From NCBI RefSeq assembly GCF_006345805.1, contig NC_042999.1, forward strand, positions 104,780,001 through 104,844,000: 64,000 nucleotides of DNA. Direction: 5' to 3'. Positions 56,794-64,000 of the stretch are shown here, in pieces. A program made the translations under genes and the position numbers. The DNA comes from Octopus sinensis (Eukaryota). Within the stretch, counting starts at the first letter, position 1. Every line of letters begins with the position of its first letter. Below the pieces are notes generated by a model. That model ran no database searches, had not been told where the DNA came from, and worked only from the letters and a program-made list of their open reading frames with translations.

Positions 56794-57296
56794 GCCAACA
56801 TTATGGAATAGCAACAGAAAAAAGATGGTATAGGCACACACCAGAAAAGGTCACAGAAAACGAGAAAGCAACCATACTCTGGGATATGCCGATACACACA
56901 GATAGAGAAATTAAGGCCAACAGACCAGATATAGTTGTCAGAGATCATGAAGAAAAAATGCTTTCTAATTGATGTATCAATACCGGCAGATGACAACGTG
57001 ACTCTAAAAGAAATGGAGAAACTCTCAAAATACAAAACCTGGAAATAGAGGAAACCAGAATGTGGAATCTAAAAACAGAAACAATTCCTATCATAGTAGG
57101 TGCATTAGGCATGATAAAAAAATATTCAGACAAATACATAACAAAAACACCAGGACTTACAAACACATATAACATACAGAAAATTGCACTACTAGGCACT
57201 GCACACATCCTACGCAGAACACTTTCCATACAATAACCATCAGAGCATCACAACAAATCACAGCACATACCTGCGCTCGGTAGTGAAGTGAAAGCA
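56794..57296 (+). mobile_element. R4/Dong-clade 3' fragment (family A)
   Basis: Near-identical to 38420-38910; flanked by (TAA)n at 56766-56793 and 57297-57437. Confidence 0.9.
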
Positions 57297-57347
57297 TAAT
57301 AATAATAACTGAATAATAATAATAACAATAACAATAACACTAACAAC

Positions 57348-57437
<90 letters not shown>

Positions 57438-57595
57438 TTTGGCACAAAGCCAACCATTTCGGGAGAGGGGGTAAGTAGTGTATATCGATGTAATTATCTG
57501 TTACTATTTATTTTATCGTCCCCGAAAGGATGAATGGCAAAGCTGATGTACGCGGAATTTGAACTCAGAATGTAACAAAATGCTTAACGGCATCT
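57438..57595 (-). mobile_element. SINE, third family, partial
   Basis: tttggcacaaagccaacc...ttttatcgtccccgaaaggatgaatggcaaagctg...gaatttgaactcagaa. Confidence 0.7.
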
Positions 57596-57699
57596 CGTGG
57601 ATGATAGAGGCCCTTCGATTTGCTGGAGTTAGAGAGCATAAGCAAAGCCATAAGTGATTCTATTATCCTTAGTAAGATAACATAATCATATTGTATGTT

Positions 57700-58930
57700 C
57701 CAAGGAGAAATCCTCTGTGATGCTGTTCATATTCTCAGTAACCCTCTTGTCATTTATAGTGAGGAAGTCTGAAAGGTATTTCACTGGTTCACAACGAAAC
57801 AGACAGTCCAAAATTACTCACTGAATGTCTTAAAACTCTATGCCAAGAGTATGCACAAGATGAAAAAGAGCCTTCAAGTGATCATAACATACTCAAAGGA
57901 TATAAGATCGGAGTTTGCTCATGATAAATATTGCTATATTGATATAAAAACCAGATGATGAAGAATGTTACAGGCACCTGGGAGTAGATGAAAATGTTTT
58001 ACGATGGTACCTATAGCCAATCACTTGTCTCGAAAGAATATAAAAGCCAGATAAGGAAAATACGAACCTTGGAACTTTCTGTATTCGTTAAAACAATAGT
58101 TTTGCAGTACCAGTACTCATACCAACATTTGAGCTACTAGATTGGATGGTTGATGGTATTCGAGCTATTATTGTGAAAACTCGGAAGATACTGACCAGCA
58201 CAAATAATTTTCATATCAACAGCGACGTAGATCGCCTCCACCTAAAATGAAAACAAGGAGATATGGGTTCTATATTTAAGAGATGAGGAATTATGTACAT
58301 TATTTATATTATTTATATTATTTGTATTTGAGGGATATTTGTCCTCATCTTGCTTCTTGCTAACACAACGTTTCGGCTGATATACCCTCCAGCTTTCACC
58401 GGGTGTCTTGGGGACAAATATCCGTCAAATATATAAATAATGTAAATAATGTACAAGGAGATATGGGCTTAACGTCGATCCAGACTACCTTTGAATGTCA
58501 TATAATATCCCTTCGACAAAGATTTTTAACCACGAAGTGTCAAAGTGCATCCCTTGGCCAAATTTGCATAGGAGAGACAGATAACACCATGAGACTTGGA
58601 AAGTAACTCCTTAAGAAACATTCCTTGCCAATTAACCTTTAATACATACCTAAAGATATTGCACAACTCTGCTGCAAATTATTATCAGGTGAGTGTATAT
58701 CAACAGAAGACATTGATATGTTAGCAGAAATCTATTTCTACGATGACAGTAACATTGATAATTAAAGCGGTCTTTCATGGACCAACGCTCGGGTTACTAA
58801 ATTTCACTTTGAAAGGCATGCGTTTGCAATCTAGAAACAGGATATAGCAATCAAATACCGCACGATTACCGAAAAGGGACAAAGAAGCGGGAAAAACGTC
58901 AAATTCTATCCATTTACAAGAGAAGTCGCT
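57700..58930 (+). mobile_element. Older, heavily decayed R4-like RT remnant interrupted by a short insert
   Basis: Peptides CYRHLGVDEN, KTRKILTSTNNFHINSDVDRL, GDMGLTSIQTTFECHIISLRQ and HFERHAFAI*KQDIAIKY. Confidence 0.6.
58268..58452 (-). mobile_element. 185-bp insert with 15-bp TSD, internal inversion and a decayed hammerhead
   Basis: ACAAGGAGATATGGG at 58253-58267 and 58453-58467; ~58293-58345 is inverted at ~58411-58455; hammerhead remnant at 58363-58406. Confidence 0.75.
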
Positions 58931-59999
58931 ACTAGTTAATTTTGAAGTCTTTGAACAGTAAGATGTCAGTTTACCTGAAAAAAAATCAGTTATTAATAAG
59001 AGTTATAACTAATGTGTACAAGATTTCACATATGCACACACGCACGCACGCACACACACACACACACACATTTGAATGGGGGGATTATTATTTACACATA
59101 CATATATTGAATCGTTAAAATCATTGTAAAAATTAGCAGTCTGATCCTTAAAGAATAGCACTTAGAATAATTTTACAAATATAAACAAATTTACATGAGA
59201 AACAAGTAAAGAATAAATTATCTTCTGATTTCCATGATATTTGAAACCAAATTTAACTTTCATGAATGTGATTTTAAATGAGAAATTTTAATAATTACAA
59301 TGTTCCAATATATACCATCGATTCGTTGTTGTTTAAGGAAGAGGAAAAACATGGTGTATGTGAGCGTTGTGTCCATGACAGAGAAAGAATTAGAGTTACA
59401 TGAAGCAAGAGAGAGAGAGATTAAGAGAGATGAAGACAGATAGAAGCAGAAATGGAAGAAAAACTGATGGAAAAGGGAAAATATTGGTACTTCTACACAA
59501 TTATCCACCGCAACTACAAGTGTTTTGAGGTTTCCTTTATTGAATTATTGCTGTTTTGCTGTAGGAGGACCTCAGATCTGAGATTTTGGTCTGGGATAAT
59601 GTTCGATTTGTGTGAACATTTTGAAAGAGATTTATTGAAAAATGGTAACATTCTTTAAAGGCAAGCAGACATAAATCGACATGCGTGGGTATGTGTGTTG
59701 GATGTGAAACTACAGATATAACTAAAAGATCGAAAATTTTCAGGCAAAATACTTCTTTAATGATAGATTTGAGACGAGGCTGTAATCCCTTGCGTCAGTC
59801 ATATAGCTATACACCTAATAAATATCTCCACATTGATCTAGTGAGTTGTATTCCTTCAAGAACACACGCGCCGTCTCTCTCACCCCTCTCTCCCTGCCCT
59901 CTGTCTCTTTCTCACACAAGCATCGCTTATTTAAAGCATTACAATGGTCCGTATTCAGAATTGGTTTAAATAAAGAACATTTAGTATTGCGTATTCCCA

Positions 60000-60009
60000 G
60001 AAGAATGTA

Positions 60010-60079
<70 letters not shown>

Positions 60080-60112
60080 ATCTATCTATCTATCTATCTA
60101 TTTATCTATCTA

Positions 60113-60195
<83 letters not shown>

Positions 60196-60200
60196 TACAT
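60000..60200. repeat. (CTAT)n plus (TA)n microsatellite
   Basis: Direct reading. Confidence 0.95.
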
Positions 60201-60201
60201 A

Positions 60202-61125
60202 CAGGGGTTGGACAAAATAATGGAAACACCCCTTAAAATTTCAGACAAATTTATTTTGATATAAGGTAGGACCGTCTTTGGCAGTAATTACAGCTTGAAT
60301 TCTATGAGGTATGGACTCGTACAAAGTTTGAATTGTTTCCAAAGGAATTTTTGTTCATTCTTCAGCTAAAACAGTCTCCAGTTCTTGTAGTGATGATGGT
60401 GGAGGATATCAACTCCTGACATGATTTTCTAAAATGCACCATAAATGTTCAATAATATTGAGATCTGGGGACTGTGGTGGCCAGATAAGGTGTTCAACGT
60501 TACTAGAATGTTCCTTGTGCCATTCAGTAACAACTTTAGCTGTCTGAATTGGTGCATTAACATCCTGAAAAAATGTGTTTCCTTTCCGGAAACATTTCCA
60601 CAACAATAGGATGAATTTGATCAGATATAATGCTTAAATAGTGTTGACTATTAATTCTGCCATGAAGGGAAACCATTGGGCTGGCGGATTTTTAAGATAT
60701 AGCCGCCCCTTACCAGATCATCACAGATCTTCTTCCATGTTTAACAGTTGGAAGAAAGCAGTCTGAGTCAAATTCTTCATTTGGTTGTCTCCACGCGTAT
60801 ACACGGTCGGTGGTCAGAAATAAGGTAAATGATTACTCATCCGAGAAATTAACATTCTTCAACTGCTCTAGGGACCAATTCTGTAGGTTTTTACTCCACT
60901 CTAAACGCTATGCAACGTTTGTTTTTGAAAGTAGTGGTTTTTCTGATTGCAGCCCTACCGTGAAATCCGAATTTGAGCAGCTCCCGGGGAACAGTTTTTG
61001 TGGAAACTGGGTTCTCGAGGTGGTCATTAAGGTCTGCAGTAATTTTGAGAGCTCTACCTTTGTGATCCTTTCTAAAAATCCACGTAAGAGTCTGACGGTC
61101 CCTATCTGAAATCAATGATTGCTTA
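60202..61125 (-). mobile_element. Tc1-family (DD34E) DNA transposon remnant, one TIR present
   Basis: TA|CAGGGGTTGGACAAAATAATGGAAACACC terminus. Transposase peptides FFQDVNAPIQ...WPPQSPDLNIIEHLW and VSTKTVPRELLKFGFHGRAA. Truncated on the 5' side. Confidence 0.9.
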
Positions 61126-63846
61126 ACCATTATCTCATACCGTCTCCGATGAACGGATATAATAAATATCCCGGAAACAGCTGTTAGACTTTCTATTTAT
61201 AAATGTTCTAAAATATTCACAACTTTGGTTTTTTATCTCATTCTGAAATATATTTGTGTATGTATGTACGTATGTATTATGTATGTGCATGTATGTATGT
61301 ATGTGTGTGTATGTGATGTGTGTATTACAACTGTATTATGTATTAGTCAATAATTCGTTGGTTAGCCAGGCGAAGATGTTGCATTATAATAGTTTGTGTG
61401 GCCCCGTAGAGCCCACTAAAATTAGTGACCATTGCGTTAGCTTGCAATGCTCCTACGGGCAAGTACTTTGGAATTGAATGAATTTCTGTATATTTTACTT
61501 GTACATATTTAAAATTTTGTCTGCATCTACTACTTCTACACTGTAAATATTAAAATGGAAGAAGGAAAAATGGGAAACTTGTTGAAATTGCGCAGCTTTT
61601 CTAATAAAAAGACCATAAGTTATAAGAATGTTTTGCCTATGTAAATTTAATGATCTAACACAATTATTATTTAAGATAAAGTTGGATGCACCATATATAT
61701 ATATTCAGATGTTAATCACATTATATTGAAAACAGTTCCATTAGACTGGCAACATCCCAAATAAAACGAGCAAATTATCTTCATTATTTGCAACAATTTA
61801 ACATGCAATAAACAATAGGTAATAATGGTAAATTATAAATATTTTCAGTAGATTCTAAGTTTGGAAATTCGCAGTGGACTCTGTAACAAGGAATGATTTG
61901 AGGCAAGTATTCCAGTGAGCAGGATGCCTGTGTATTGCAAATACGTGTTCTAAGATCCTATTTTCTTTCTTGTGCTAATCGTCCGGGCACTTACTGGAAC
62001 ATATAAAGTTAAGTGCCTTTCTTATGTGGAAATAATATTTCGGCAAGGATTCTGAATACACGAAGCACTAACTGGTTGTTAGGAAACTTCATCTGTTTTA
62101 CCATTTCAAATTACATTTTTTTTATTTAAAAAGAATTGTAAGACTTGTATATCTATTAGCATGAAATTTAGACATTCAAATTTTGAACAATTAATAATTT
62201 GAGATGGACGAATTGAATGAATGTTGATTAGGCAATTAGAATATACGAGTAGCTGCCAACTATTTCTAAAGCGCTCCTTATCAACCAAGACAAAAACAAG
62301 AACTGGCAAGCATGTGACACAAATTAAGCATCGCCAATATACTGATGTGTAGTTTATTAGGATATAATTGTAAATTAAATTTTATATACGTAAAAGTCCC
62401 TTTTGTATTTCAATTTCTGATGGGGCGATAGAAATCAGATATAAGGTACTGTTTAGTATTTTTGTCATTCCCAAAGAACTTGATATGGAAATGCACACAA
62501 TGCACGGAACAACGATAAATCGATAAACACAAAGGTGTAGATTCAAAAGTGGAGTATTATACTGACACCACCTGTCCGCTGTTAATGACACTATACACTA
62601 AAGTGAATCATTTTCATAGCTGGACGATATCTTGTACATTGAATAATCTATTCGGAACATAGCATAGTGTAACTTTCTTTTCCGCATTTCATATTGTGAA
62701 GCATGAATGTAGATATTTGAGAATTAAAAAATAAGGGATACTGAAATGGTCTTCTCTGACTTTTTAACAATGTCAACACTTGGATGTGTAATTTACATTT
62801 TCCATATGGTCCCGCATTTGCTACCTCTGTTTATGTAGCGTGTCTACATGTCAGCTACATGACACTATATTGTATTGCATTTTATTATTATTGTATGTGT
62901 TGTAGAGCTGTGGCAGGATTAATATATAACGTAGAAATTAAATATAATCCACCTGCTCTCTGGTAAACTAATTTTGGTCTGTTTTGATAGTTTGTGTTCG
63001 GGCTGAGCCTAACTCTTTCATAAGAATTTAAAAGGCTATCAACACCTAATATAACTAAGTATCCTTGATTATCAAACATTCTCAACATTATCAATGTGAT
63101 ATATCGTTATATTTACTATATAAACATGCGGAAGTTTAATGCTATTTATAATAAAAATTATTATACATCAAAAACCTACAAATTAATGCAGTATCATTCC
63201 ATTTATATGAGGAAGTCAAATATGAATGCTAAAACCATAAGTAATAACTCTAATTTATTTGAATACTTCAAGGTATTGTTCCACATCTCCCTTGAATAAG
63301 AGTTCAATAACGATAACATATCAGCAGGAACACTGAGTCTAGTTAATTTTGCCAGCTAATGAATGTTTCATTCATTGCATGCTCCGGTTGTATTCGTGGT
63401 TGTCTTTCAATCAGAAAGATATTGTCATTAATCTCAGCCCACTGAGAGCCAAGACATTTGAATCTTATTACAGCATTTCCTTCGTCTAACATAAGAATAG
63501 CTATTTTACTTTAAAATATATTTCAGAAAGTGGGGCGCTAAGCTCTCGTAAAAAAAATATTCAGTAGCGCAAAGACTAACAGAAAAGAGCGAGAAGCGTT
63601 GCACAAATTACATATTAATTTACATATTACACCAAGATGCAACTAAAAGGGGGCGCTATATACGTGAATAACATACATCTCATCACGCCCTCAATATGAA
63701 CTTACGTAGCAATTTGTATAATTATATTATTAGATAATTATTTAGTTGATACTCTGTTTCTTTTGCCAATGAATAATAAATATACAAATAACTAATCTTC
63801 TATCATTATATTTCCAACGATGAAATTGTGACAGTGCAACCTTCAG

Positions 63847-64000
63847 GTATTGTTAACAGTTCACCAAGTACATTGTTTCATGATTTGAATACATTTTTGC
63901 AGTATAACACCAAAGAACAGGCTGTACTTGATGATCCGTCTTTAATGGAAGATATTAAAGGTATTACAAGCAAATATATTCCTTTGACAATTCCAGTTAA
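63847..64000 (+). CDS. Candidate coding exon running off the window (GIVNSSPSTLFHDLNTFLQYNTKEQAVLDDPSLMEDIKGITSKYIPLTIPV...)
   Basis: The frame is stop-free from 63792 to the window end in AT-rich DNA, with possible acceptors at 63845-46 or 63901-02. No homology recognised. Confidence 0.35.

Noticed and set aside
63530-63660. Two GGGGCGCTA motifs as CTCF or promoter sites
   Set aside because: Only the 3' half of the CTCF consensus matches; no other promoter evidence.

Overview
AT-rich eukaryotic DNA saturated with microsatellites and retroelements. It is most likely an octopus: the tRNA-headed SINE families and repeat landscape match what I recall of Octopus genomes, which is recognition and not a database result. 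No host gene can be called with confidence; two phase-compatible candidate exons lie at 51858-51954 and 63847-64000. All long real ORFs are decayed transposon ORFs. They comprise seven R4/Dong-clade (RT plus restriction-like endonuclease) non-LTR copies, most stacked in same-orientation trains at (TAA)n tracts, two CR1-group LINEs, an L1/Tx1 fragment and a Tc1 transposase. The most interesting layer is not visible in the ORF track. Several unrelated short repeats carry type I hammerhead-ribozyme folds of the kind known from Penelope-like elements: two with intact cores at 6147-6189 (+) and 6494-6544 (-), a G8A mirror copy, an A6U-variant family, and a decayed copy inside a TSD-flanked 185-bp insert. 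One intact hammerhead sits in the arm of a ~1.8-kb fold-back whose two internal paralogous segments differ by 28 transitions that all run the same way (C/A versus T/G). Other oddities are a 225-bp inverted templated insertion into a (TA)n tract, a covarying 3' stem-loop shared by SINEs and CR1-group LINEs, and a compact Y-shaped 60-nt fold.
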